From Pseudoalteromonas tetraodonis (GTDB lineage: Bacteria; Pseudomonadota; Gammaproteobacteria; Enterobacterales; Alteromonadaceae), in assembly GCF_002310835.1 (NCBI RefSeq), contig NZ_CP011042.1, positions 210,001-242,000 on the forward strand: a DNA stretch of 32,000 bases. The letters run 5' to 3'. Positions 1 to 8,837 of the stretch are shown here, in pieces. The notes beneath the pieces are model-generated. The model was not told where the DNA came from, did no database searches, and worked only from the letters and a program-made list of their open reading frames with translations. How positions within the stretch are numbered: position 1 is the first letter of the stretch; every line of letters begins with the position of its first letter. The translations under genes were made by a program, and so were the position numbers.

Positions 1-1
1 T

Positions 2-469
2 CAGGTGTATCGCAAAGCGATTGACGATGCGGTTGCAGGTAAACCATTCGATGCAGACTTATTTAAAACTCTTGAGAACCTTGCTCACCGCGGTTATACC
101 GAAGGTTTTTTAAAACGCCACGCCCATCAAGATTATCAAAATTACGAATATGGCCATTCAGTTTCTACCAAGCAGCAATTTGTCGGCGAAGTACTAGGGC
201 GTAATGCCACTGGTTTGGTTGAAATAGATGTAAAAAATAAATTTTGTGTTGGCCATTCATTAGAGCTAATGACGCCAAAAGGTAATATTAGCTTTGTGCT
301 TGAACGTATGGAAAACAAAAAAGGCGAAAGCATTACTGATGCCAAAGGTTCAGGCCATATCGTAAAAATTCCACTGCCTGACAACATCGATTTAGAGCAC
401 GCCATACTGATGCGCAATTTGGATGAAAACCAAGACACCCGCAACCCTTTCAAACAAGCTGTTTCATAA
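2..469 (+). CDS. U32-family peptidase (YegQ/TrhP-like), C-terminal part; 5' end lies outside the window
   Basis: Open frame from the window edge (frame of nt 2) to the stop at 467-469. The translated tail (GYTEGFLKRHAHQDYQNYEYGHS..VGEVLG..VEIDVKNKFCVGHSLELMTP) resembles the C-terminal barrel region of YegQ-type U32 peptidases. Recognised from memory, not searched. Confidence 0.6.
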   Translation, partial: QVYRKAIDDAVAGKPFDADLFKTLENLAHRGYTEGFLKRHAHQDYQNYEYGHSVSTKQQFVGEVLGRNATGLVEIDVKNKFCVGHSLELMTPKGNISFVLERMENKKGESITDAKGSGHIVKIPLPDNIDLEHAILMRNLDENQDTRNPFKQAVS

Positions 470-483
470 TAGAGAGTTTAATC

Positions 484-729
484 ATGGCTTTATTAATAAA
501 CAGCAAATGCATTAACTGTGATATGTGTGACCCCGAGTGCCCAAATGAAGCCATTTATATGGGCGCCAAAATCTACCAAATAGACCCTACAAAATGCACT
601 GAATGTGTGGGCCACTACGACAAGCCGACCTGCGTGAGCGTATGCCCCATTGACTGCATAAAGCCAGACCCTAATCATCGTGAGAGCTTAGATGAACTGG
701 CTGAGAAATATGTCAAATTGACGGGGTAG
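484..729 (+). CDS. yfhL: YfhL-type 2x[4Fe-4S] ferredoxin
   Basis: 81-aa ORF with two cysteine clusters (CINCDMCDPECP and CTECVGHYDKPTCVSVCP). Size and sequence are typical of YfhL. It starts 14 nt after the upstream stop. Confidence 0.85.
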   Translation: MALLINSKCINCDMCDPECPNEAIYMGAKIYQIDPTKCTECVGHYDKPTCVSVCPIDCIKPDPNHRESLDELAEKYVKLTG

Positions 730-773
730 TTTGTTAATTGGTTTTTTATGTTTCATCGGGTTACGAAGCTAAA

Positions 774-792
774 GTTGCGACACTGTCGCAAC
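774..792. terminator. Perfect inverted repeat GTTGCGAC-ACT-GTCGCAAC downstream of yfhL; possible terminator or protein-binding site
   Basis: 8-bp arms read directly from the sequence, about 45 nt after the yfhL stop. No U-tract follows, so the terminator call is weak. Confidence 0.3.
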
Positions 793-931
793 AATTAAAC
801 TGCTCGCATATTGCGTATTGTTATCGATAAAAACCTCCTCATATATTTTATAATTAACACTCAAAAACCCACGACCTTTGCTGTATGATAAGCCAATAAA
901 TTATATTGATATTCTTGCAAAGAGAGACCAC

Positions 932-2545
932 ATGGACGCTGCATCAAAAAAGCCTGCTACAAAAAAAGCCGCAAAAAAAACACAAGTCGGGTTTGAAGAA
1001 TCCCTTTGGGATGCCGCCAATAAACTGCGTGGCAGTGTTGAATCAGCCGAATATAAGCACATTGTTTTAAGCTTAATCTTTCTTAAATTTATTAGTGACA
1101 AGTTTGAAGCGCGTAAAAAAGCCATTATTGCCGAGTACGGCGACGAATACATCGACATGGTCGACTTTTACGCGATGGATAACGTGTTTTACCTACCAGA
1201 AGACGCACGCTGGTCGTACATTCAAGCCAACGCTAAGCAAGGCGATATTGCCGTTAAAATAGATACCGCACTACACGCGGTTGAAAAAAACAATAAATCA
1301 CTCGCAGGCGCATTGCCCGACAACTACTTTTCACGTTTAGGGCTTGATGCCAGTAAGCTTTCAGCGCTTATCGATACCATTAATAATATCGACACCATTG
1401 CCAACCAAAACGAAAAAACAGAAGAAGACTTAGTTGGCCGCGTGTACGAATACTTTTTAGGTAAATTTGCCGCATCTGAAGGCAAAGGCGGGGGCGAGTT
1501 CTACACGCCTAAGTCAATTGTTACCCTAATTGCCGATATGATAGAGCCATTCGAAGGTAAAATTTACGACCCCTGTTGTGGCTCGGGCGGTATGTTTGTG
1601 CAATCGCTTAAGTTTATTAATAGCCATAACGGTAACCAAAAAAACGTGTCTATTTACGGGCAAGAGTACACTAACACCACTTATAAACTGGCTAAAATGA
1701 ACCTTGCCGTGCGCGGTATTTCGGGCAACTTAGGCGATATAGCAGGCGATACCTTTTTTAAAGACCAACACCCCGACCTAAAAGCCGATTACATAATGGC
1801 AAACCCACCGTTTAACCAAAAACAGTGGCGCGCCGATAACGAACTAGTCGACGATGCCCGCTGGGCAGGTTACCCAACACCGCCTACCGGTAATGCCAAT
1901 TATGCGTGGATCATGCATATGATCTCAAAATTGAGCGAGCATGGCACCGCAGGCTTTGTATTGGCTAACGGCTCAATGAGTTCAAACACCAGTGGCGAGG
2001 GCGATATTCGCCAAAAAATAATCGAAAACGACTTAGTCGATTGTATGATAGCCCTACCAGGGCAGCTGTTTTACACCACACAAATTCCGGTGTGTTTATG
2101 GTTTATAAGTAAAGATAAACGCGGTAATAACGAAAAAGGCTTACTAAAACGCCGCGACCGCCAAGGCGAAACCCTATTTATAGACGCTCGCGAAATGGGC
2201 TCTATGGTTAACCGTACTTTAAAAGAGCTCACTAACGACGACATAGCTAAAATTACCCAAACCTATCACCTTTGGCGCGGCGAAGAGCTTGCGACAGATA
2301 ACGAGCAAAAATATGAAGATATCGCCGGTTACTGTAAATCAGCCACTCTTGCTGATATAAAAGCAAACGACTACGTACTGACCCCAGGGCGCTATGTAGG
2401 TGCTGCCGATATTGCAGACGATGGCATCCCGTTTGAGACTAAAATGAGCGAACTTAGCCAAACCCTTTATAGCCAAATGAACCAAAGCGATGAGCTTGAT
2501 AAAGCCATTCGTAAAAATTTGGAGGCGTTGGGTTATGGGGAGTAA
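932..2545 (+). CDS. hsdM: Type I restriction-modification system, N6-adenine DNA methyltransferase subunit HsdM
   Basis: HsdM N-terminal region (LWDAANKLRG, YKHIVLSLIFLKFISDKFE), AdoMet motif DPCCGSGGMF and catalytic NPPF at nt 1802-1813. ATG 932 is preferred over the track's TTG 878. The stop overlaps the hsdS start. Confidence 0.95.
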   Translation: MDAASKKPATKKAAKKTQVGFEESLWDAANKLRGSVESAEYKHIVLSLIFLKFISDKFEARKKAIIAEYGDEYIDMVDFYAMDNVFYLPEDARWSYIQANAKQGDIAVKIDTALHAVEKNNKSLAGALPDNYFSRLGLDASKLSALIDTINNIDTIANQNEKTEEDLVGRVYEYFLGKFAASEGKGGGEFYTPKSIVTLIADMIEPFEGKIYDPCCGSGGMFVQSLKFINSHNGNQKNVSIYGQEYTNTTYKLAKMNLAVRGISGNLGDIAGDTFFKDQHPDLKADYIMANPPFNQKQWRADNELVDDARWAGYPTPPTGNANYAWIMHMISKLSEHGTAGFVLANGSMSSNTSGEGDIRQKIIENDLVDCMIALPGQLFYTTQIPVCLWFISKDKRGNNEKGLLKRRDRQGETLFIDAREMGSMVNRTLKELTNDDIAKITQTYHLWRGEELATDNEQKYEDIAGYCKSATLADIKANDYVLTPGRYVGAADIADDGIPFETKMSELSQTLYSQMNQSDELDKAIRKNLEALGYGE

Positions 2546-4106
2546 AACTTTACCGGGTATGCCTAATATACCTAATGGCTGGTATTGGGCTCCTTTATCT
2601 GATTTATGTAAAAAAGTATCAGTTGGACATGTTGGAGAAACTAGTTCAGTTTTTTGTGGTCCGGAAGGTGTAACTTTTCTTAGATCTCAAAATGTCAGGC
2701 CAGGCCGGCTAGATTTGAATGATGTTAAATATGTAACTAAAGCATTTCATGAAAAAAGCAAAAAAAGCCAACTTAAAACAGGCGACATATTAGTTGTTAG
2801 GGTCGGACAAAATAGAGGCGATTGTGCAGTAGTTCCTGATAACGTAGGTGAAATTAACTGCGCAAATATTGTATTTGCCCAGCCAAAGGATATTCGATAT
2901 TCAGATTATTTAGGCTACTTCTTAAATTCAAGTTTTGGTCGAACTTCACTTTTAGCTGTAAGTACAGGCAGTGCCCAGGGAGTGTTAAATACAAAATCCG
3001 TAGCAAAAGTAGTAGTACCAGTCCCGCCAATTGATTTAGCAAAGAACATTGGGTATCGGCTTAAGCTAATCGATAACAAAATTGAACTTAACCAAAAAAC
3101 CAACCAAACCTTAGAACAAATGGCGCAGGCGTTATTTAAAAGCTGGTTTATTGATTTTGATCCGGTGTTCGACAACCTACTTGCGAGCGTTAATTTTAAC
3201 TTAGAAAACCTTGAAACTAGTCTGCCTGATGAGTTAAAACAAAAAGCACAGCGCCGCTTAGCGGCACTGAACAGCTTACACAATGCGGCCGAAGTAAAAA
3301 CCTCACTCAGTGCGCTCGCTCACGAATTACAAGCACTTTCAGCAACACAAGCAGCAGTGCAAGCCGCTGAAACACCCGTTAAAGCAAGCCTTAACGCCAA
3401 CCCTAAAATATTAGCGCAACACGCCAACACCCACGCCCACTTCCCCAATGAGTTCGAACACAACGAACAACTAGGCTGGATACCAAAGGGGTGGGGTGTA
3501 GGAGTAAGTGGAGATTTAGTAGATGTTAGGGATGGTACACATGATTCACCTAAGAAGTCCGAGAAAGGCTTTCCACTAGTTACTTCTAAACATATTACTT
3601 CAGGACGCTTAGATCTATCAGCAGCTTATTTAATCTCAGAGTTAGATTACAAAAAAGTCAATGAGCGCAGCAATGTTGAATATGGGGATATTTTGCTGAC
3701 CATGATAGGTACTGTCGGTGTTCCATACCTTGTGATGGATGAGCCCGCTAACTATGCAATTAAGAATGTAGGGCTTTTTAGAACATCACAAAATTTATAT
3801 TTGAAAAATTATCTACATATTTTACTAAAAACTGCTCATATGCAAGCTTACTTAAATGCAAGAGTTGCTGGCACCACTCAAAAGTACCTTTCGTTAAAAG
3901 TACTAAGAAATATAGATTTCCTATTACCTTCTAATATTGTTTTAGAGAAGTTTAATAGCATTGTAAATAATATGCTATTCAAAGAAAAATCAAATATTGA
4001 TCAAATTAATCAACTAACCAAGCTTCGTGACACTTTGCTACCCAAGCTCATCTCTGGCGAATTACAAATACCCGATGTAATCACAGATGAAGAAGTAGTC
4101 GATTAA
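2535..4106 (+). CDS. hsdS: Type I R-M specificity subunit HsdS (two TRDs, unusually long central spacer)
   Basis: Two target-recognition domains, each opening with IP(N/K)GW. A central conserved helix plus WFIDFDPV, and a C-terminal conserved helix LRDTLLPKLISGEL. ATG 2535 overlaps the hsdM stop (ATGGGGAGTAA). Confidence 0.9.
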   Translation: MGSKTLPGMPNIPNGWYWAPLSDLCKKVSVGHVGETSSVFCGPEGVTFLRSQNVRPGRLDLNDVKYVTKAFHEKSKKSQLKTGDILVVRVGQNRGDCAVVPDNVGEINCANIVFAQPKDIRYSDYLGYFLNSSFGRTSLLAVSTGSAQGVLNTKSVAKVVVPVPPIDLAKNIGYRLKLIDNKIELNQKTNQTLEQMAQALFKSWFIDFDPVFDNLLASVNFNLENLETSLPDELKQKAQRRLAALNSLHNAAEVKTSLSALAHELQALSATQAAVQAAETPVKASLNANPKILAQHANTHAHFPNEFEHNEQLGWIPKGWGVGVSGDLVDVRDGTHDSPKKSEKGFPLVTSKHITSGRLDLSAAYLISELDYKKVNERSNVEYGDILLTMIGTVGVPYLVMDEPANYAIKNVGLFRTSQNLYLKNYLHILLKTAHMQAYLNARVAGTTQKYLSLKVLRNIDFLLPSNIVLEKFNSIVNNMLFKEKSNIDQINQLTKLRDTLLPKLISGELQIPDVITDEEVVD

Positions 4107-4157
4107 TAACCTTAGCTGAGCGTTTAAAGGCCACAAAAACAAGAATAAGGATGTTTG

Positions 4158-7100
4158 ATGAAATTTACTGAAGCCAAATTAGAACAAGCGGTGGTTGAGC
4201 TATTAGGCGAGCAAGGCTACCCGCATTTATTGGGCGGTGAGCTCACCCGTAGTAACAGCGAAGTATTAATAAAAGAAGACCTCCGTGCTTTTTTAACCAA
4301 GCGCTACGCTAAAAATAATATTACCACCGGTGAAGTAGACTCAATAATTGCAAAGCTCGAAAAACTCCCTGCCAGTGATTTATACGAAAGTAATAAAACT
4401 TTTTGTAAGTGGCTAAGTGATGGATTCTTACTTAAACGGGAAGTACTTACACACGAGCGTGGCAGTTTAGCAGGGAGTAAATCACAAAAAGATTTGTATG
4501 TTCAGCTGCTTGATTACGACAACGTTGAGCAAGGCATTAAAAGTAGCCTAATAGCAGGCAGTGCTATGGCTGCTTTGGATAATGTGAATGAAGCCAGCGT
4601 TACTTACCTGCAAGACGATAATATTTATCGGTTTGTTACCCAGTTAGAAATAGAAAGCCCCACCAGTTACGACAATATTGAACTGCGTATTCCCGATGGC
4701 ATTTTATATGTGAATGGTTTACCACTAGTTGTGTTTGAATTTAAAAGCGCGATACGCGAGCAAGCCCCTATATTTGAAGCCTATGAGCAGTTAACGGTGC
4801 GCTACCGCCGCGCTATTCCGCAGTTATTTGTGTTTAATACCTTGTGCGTTATAAGCGATGGCGTAAACAATAAAATGGGTAACTTATTTGCGCCGTATCA
4901 GTTTTTTTACTCGTGGGGAAAAGTAACGGGACAAGAGCTAACCGCGCAAGAGGGGATTAACTCGTTACATACCTTATTGCAGGGCTTGTTTGATAAAGCG
5001 CGTTTGCGCGATGTTATGCGCAACTTTGTATTTTTTCCGGATTCTGATAATAAAAGCGCAGGCAAAAAAGAGATAAAAATTGTGCCGCGTTATCCGCAAT
5101 ATTATGCGGCTAATAAACTGTTCGAAAATATAAAACGCCACTTAAAGCCACAAGGCGATGGTAAAGGCGGTACGTATTTTGGCGCAACGGGTTGCGGTAA
5201 AAGTTACACCATGCAATTTTTAACACGTTTGTTGATGAAAAGCGTTGAACTTAAAAGCCCTACCATTATTTTAATTACCGACCGAACCGATTTAGACGAT
5301 CAGCTTTCGCAGCAGTTTGGCAATGCTAAAACCTACATTGGCGACGATACGGTAAAAACAGTGACCAGCCGTACTCACTTACGTGAGTTACTTGAAGGGC
5401 GTAACAGTGGTGGGGTATTTTTAACCACCATTCATAAATTTACCGAAGACACTCAGTTATTAACCGACCGCACTAACGTTATTTGTATTTCTGATGAGGC
5501 GCATCGTAGCCAAGTAAATCTTGATCAAAAAATTACCATTACCGAAAAAGGTGTAAAAAAGACCTTTGGTTTTGCTAAATACCTGCACGACTCATTACCA
5601 AACGCTACCTATGTTGGCTTTACCGGCACGCCAGTGGATGCGACTTTAGATGTGTTTGGTGAAGTGGTTGACTCGTACACCATGACTGAGTCGGTTAAAG
5701 ATGAAATAACCGTACGCATTGTGTACGAAGGCCGCGCCGCTAAGGTGTGTTTAAACAATAGCAAGCTGGCCGAAATTGAAGCTTATTACAAAGAATGTGC
5801 CGATGCAGGCAGTAACGAACTGCAAATAGAAGACAGTAAAAAAGCCACCGCTAATATGAATAGCATTTTAGGCGATCCTGACCGCATACGTGTATTAGCA
5901 AGGGACTTTGTTGAACATTACGAAAAACGCGTTGAGGAAGGTTCTACCATTGCAGGAAAGGCGATGTTTGTGTGTAGCTCGCGTGGCATTGCCTATCAGC
6001 TGTATCAAGAGTTAGAAGAATTACGCCCACAGTGGTTTGATGTAGTAGATACTGATGACGCGCAAACACTATCAGATACCGAGCGAAAGCGCGCTATTAG
6101 CGAGGGCCGTATTGCAGCCCCGTCTGAAAAAGTAAAAATGGTAATGACCCGTGGTAAAGATGACGTTGAACGCTTATATAATTTACTTGGCAGTAAAGAC
6201 GAACGTAAAGAGCTTGATAAGCAATTTAAAAACAAAAACTCAAACTTTAAAATAGCCATAGTGGTCGATATGTGGCTAACCGGTTTTGATGTGCCATTTT
6301 TAGATACCATGTACATAGATAAGCCATTGCAAAAGCACAGCTTAATACAAACTATTTCGCGGGTTAACCGCCAGTTTGAAGGCAAAGATAAAGGCTTAGT
6401 GGTTGACTACATTGGTATTAAATCTGAAATGAATAAAGCGTTAGCGCAGTATTCAAAAACTGACGAAACCAACTTTGAAGACATTACCGCCTCGGTTATT
6501 GAGGTAAAAAACCACTTGGCGTTACTTGCCGAGTTATTCCATAAATTTGACAGCAGCCCCTACTTTACAGGCGAAGCCGTTGCCCAGCTAAACTGTTTAA
6601 ACCACGCCGCCGAGTTTGCGCTAATTACCGAAAAACGGCAAAAGCGCTTTATGGATTTAGTTAAGCGTTTAAAAGCCGCTTACGATGTATGTTGCGGTAG
6701 TGAAAAAATAAACGAAAACGAGCGAAACCACATTCACTTTTACCTTGCCATTCGTTCTATTATTTACAAGTTAACCAAAGGCGAAGCGCCCGATACCGCG
6801 CAAATGAACGCCAAAGTACGTGAAATGATAAGTGAAGCCCTGCAAAGCGACGGCGTAAAAGAAGTATTTAAACTCGGTAATGAAGACGGCGGCGAAATTG
6901 ATATTTTTAATGACGACTACATCGCTAAAATAGAAAAAATAAAACTCCCCAACACCAAAATAAAAATACTGCAACAAATGCTAGCCAAAGCCATAGGTGA
7001 GCTTAAAAAAGTAAACCAAACCCAAGGTATCGACTTTACTAAACGCTTTGAATCGCTGGTACAGCGCTATAACGAGCGAAAAGAAGATGACGTACTGGTA

Positions 7101-7478
7101 AGTAGCGTACTTGATGAATTTTCAGACAGTATGGTTGATATGATTTACAGCGTACGCGACGAAATGAACGCCGGCGACGAGCTAGGCATTGATATTGAAG
7201 AAAAAGGCTTTTACGACGCCTTAAAAATGCTCGCCATTAAATACGACTTTGACTACCCCGAAGACAAGCTCATTGAGCTTGCTCAAGCAGTAAAAGTAAT
7301 TGTAGACGACAAAGTAAAATTTGTAGATTGGAACCACCGCGACGATATTAAATCAGCTTTAAAAGTAGAGCTGATTTTAATACTCGCTAAATTTAAATAC
7401 CCACCAATCAGCCGCGATGAAGTATACAAAGAAATATTTGAGCAAGCGCAAAATGTAAAAGCGAATAAAGAGGTGTAA
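4158..7478 (+). CDS. hsdR: Type I R-M restriction/translocase subunit HsdR
   Basis: About 1106 aa. N-terminal nuclease-type region (IPDGILYVNGLPLVVFEFKS), Walker A GATGCGKS (Lys codon 5199-5201), DEAH box at nt 5493-5504, FTGTP and QTISRVNR motifs. AAGGA lies upstream of ATG 4158. Confidence 0.95.
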   Translation: MKFTEAKLEQAVVELLGEQGYPHLLGGELTRSNSEVLIKEDLRAFLTKRYAKNNITTGEVDSIIAKLEKLPASDLYESNKTFCKWLSDGFLLKREVLTHERGSLAGSKSQKDLYVQLLDYDNVEQGIKSSLIAGSAMAALDNVNEASVTYLQDDNIYRFVTQLEIESPTSYDNIELRIPDGILYVNGLPLVVFEFKSAIREQAPIFEAYEQLTVRYRRAIPQLFVFNTLCVISDGVNNKMGNLFAPYQFFYSWGKVTGQELTAQEGINSLHTLLQGLFDKARLRDVMRNFVFFPDSDNKSAGKKEIKIVPRYPQYYAANKLFENIKRHLKPQGDGKGGTYFGATGCGKSYTMQFLTRLLMKSVELKSPTIILITDRTDLDDQLSQQFGNAKTYIGDDTVKTVTSRTHLRELLEGRNSGGVFLTTIHKFTEDTQLLTDRTNVICISDEAHRSQVNLDQKITITEKGVKKTFGFAKYLHDSLPNATYVGFTGTPVDATLDVFGEVVDSYTMTESVKDEITVRIVYEGRAAKVCLNNSKLAEIEAYYKECADAGSNELQIEDSKKATANMNSILGDPDRIRVLARDFVEHYEKRVEEGSTIAGKAMFVCSSRGIAYQLYQELEELRPQWFDVVDTDDAQTLSDTERKRAISEGRIAAPSEKVKMVMTRGKDDVERLYNLLGSKDERKELDKQFKNKNSNFKIAIVVDMWLTGFDVPFLDTMYIDKPLQKHSLIQTISRVNRQFEGKDKGLVVDYIGIKSEMNKALAQYSKTDETNFEDITASVIEVKNHLALLAELFHKFDSSPYFTGEAVAQLNCLNHAAEFALITEKRQKRFMDLVKRLKAAYDVCCGSEKINENERNHIHFYLAIRSIIYKLTKGEAPDTAQMNAKVREMISEALQSDGVKEVFKLGNEDGGEIDIFNDDYIAKIEKIKLPNTKIKILQQMLAKAIGELKKVNQTQGIDFTKRFESLVQRYNERKEDDVLVSSVLDEFSDSMVDMIYSVRDEMNAGDELGIDIEEKGFYDALKMLAIKYDFDYPEDKLIELAQAVKVIVDDKVKFVDWNHRDDIKSALKVELILILAKFKYPPISRDEVYKEIFEQAQNVKANKEV

Positions 7479-7577
7479 AGCCGATGATGATTCGTTTGTT
7501 TTGCTGACTGAGCTTGCAAGATTTCGGTTGAGTGCTTTTTATTTACTTTAATAAAATAACGGCCTAAGAAGGTTTAC

Positions 7578-8837
7578 ATGACAATAATAAACTGGGGTCT
7601 ACTTGGCCCTGATAAACTTGAATCTGAACGACGCACTCGCACCTTGGGTCTTGCAGTTGCTGTACGTGCATTTAATGACTTGGCAGTACCTAATTTAGGT
7701 GGGGTAAAATTTAGTAAAAATGTTTTTTTAGCCTGTTTGGGCATTCATGTGGCTGAAAAAGTAAGATTAGAGGATAAGCAGGTAAGTAACATACAAGTTG
7801 CAAATGCAATTGAAGCGCTCGGCTGTATTTTGTCGTTTGAAAAAAATAATTGGCAGTCTGATGAAAGGTTAAGGGGAAACTCCAAGTTAGCAGGTGCAAA
7901 GGATTTATCATTTAAAGTAGTTGGCGCTAACAATTATTATGTAACACAGCCTATGCGTATGGCTACTGTGCAATTATTACCAGGACTTGGGTTAGTTGAA
8001 TCACAAGGAGAGCGATTTAATAGCTATAGTTTGAACGACAACGGATTGAAGTTAGTTATTGCCGGCTGCGCTGATTTAAAATGTTATAACAGTAGTATTG
8101 TTAATTTTTTAGTTAAGTGGGTGCTAGGTAATCATAGAAACCCTAGAGTAAGTGGTTTAATAAAGGCGCTAGCGCCTATTTATAGTTTAGCGGCAGACGC
8201 TAAAGCCATTTTAAAAGACCGTTTGGTTTCTGGTAATGATGAGTCTGCACTTCGAAGAAGAAATGCATTAACGTGGGTTAGTAATATAAATACAAACCCA
8301 TGTATTAATTGGCGAAAACCATCAGAATTAACAGACTTACATTTTAAAGACATAAAAAGTGGAGCTTACTTTTTCATACTCAGAGATAGTGTGATGATGT
8401 TATTAGACGCTATTGAAACCGCAGTTGCTAATGATAAGTCGGGGAGTTTAGATTTACGTAAAGGCACTCCTTTAGTTTTGCAAAACGCATTAACGAGAGT
8501 GAAGTCGGCTGCAACTAGTTTTGTTAATTTAAGCCATGATCCTACGCCTGATAAATTAGCGCTGAGTTTTGCACGTGAATGCTTACAAAGTCAGGATGAA
8601 TTAATTATTTTAAGTATTGTTGAAAGAGATAATTTAGTACTTAAAGTAAGAGATAAAGCTGTTATTAAAGGATCTGCTTTTGGTGGAGTGCAGCAAGAAG
8701 CTAACGACGCTGGCGAAACAGAAAGCTTGTTTCCAAAAGGCGTTTCATTTCGTTTTTGGAACTTGTATTTACTGAATGTTGACTTCGATGGGCAGCTCGA
8801 TATGTGGCTAAATAAAAAGGAGAAAGCAGATGAGTAA
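7578..8837 (+). CDS. Hypothetical protein, 419 aa, first gene of the PLD/SNF2 module; no recognisable domain
   Basis: Long ORF with an AAGAAGG SD-like sequence before ATG 7578. Its stop overlaps the next start (ATGAGTAA). I recognise no catalytic or TM motifs. Confidence 0.7.
   Translation: MTIINWGLLGPDKLESERRTRTLGLAVAVRAFNDLAVPNLGGVKFSKNVFLACLGIHVAEKVRLEDKQVSNIQVANAIEALGCILSFEKNNWQSDERLRGNSKLAGAKDLSFKVVGANNYYVTQPMRMATVQLLPGLGLVESQGERFNSYSLNDNGLKLVIAGCADLKCYNSSIVNFLVKWVLGNHRNPRVSGLIKALAPIYSLAADAKAILKDRLVSGNDESALRRRNALTWVSNINTNPCINWRKPSELTDLHFKDIKSGAYFFILRDSVMMLLDAIETAVANDKSGSLDLRKGTPLVLQNALTRVKSAATSFVNLSHDPTPDKLALSFARECLQSQDELIILSIVERDNLVLKVRDKAVIKGSAFGGVQQEANDAGETESLFPKGVSFRFWNLYLLNVDFDGQLDMWLNKKEKADE

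Noticed and set aside
142-453. Antisense or alternate-frame ORFs in the track that overlap clearly recognisable genes. Examples: 142-453(-), 493-678(-), 901-1158(-), 2854-3283(-), 6005-6385(-), 6771-6977(-), 7283-7519(-), 7711-7933(-), 8591-8875(-), 9771-9983(-), 10768-11022(-), 11130-11312(+), 13058-13295, 14444-14812(-), 19556-19738(-), 20249-20479(-), 22384-23535(+), 23954-24584(+), 25043-25285(-), 30987-31229(-).
   Set aside because: Each lies inside a longer ORF with clear family motifs on the other strand or frame. Their translations are low-complexity or hydrophobic noise with no motifs and no SD. They are treated as shadow ORFs.
946-980. A6, A7 and A8 homopolymer runs (946-951, 961-967, 973-980) at the 5' end of hsdM, considered as a possible slipped-strand phase-variation switch for the R-M system.
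   Set aside because: The runs simply encode a Lys-rich N-terminal tail (KKPATKKAAKK). They are shorter than tracts usually associated with phase variation. Nothing in a single sequence shows length heterogeneity.
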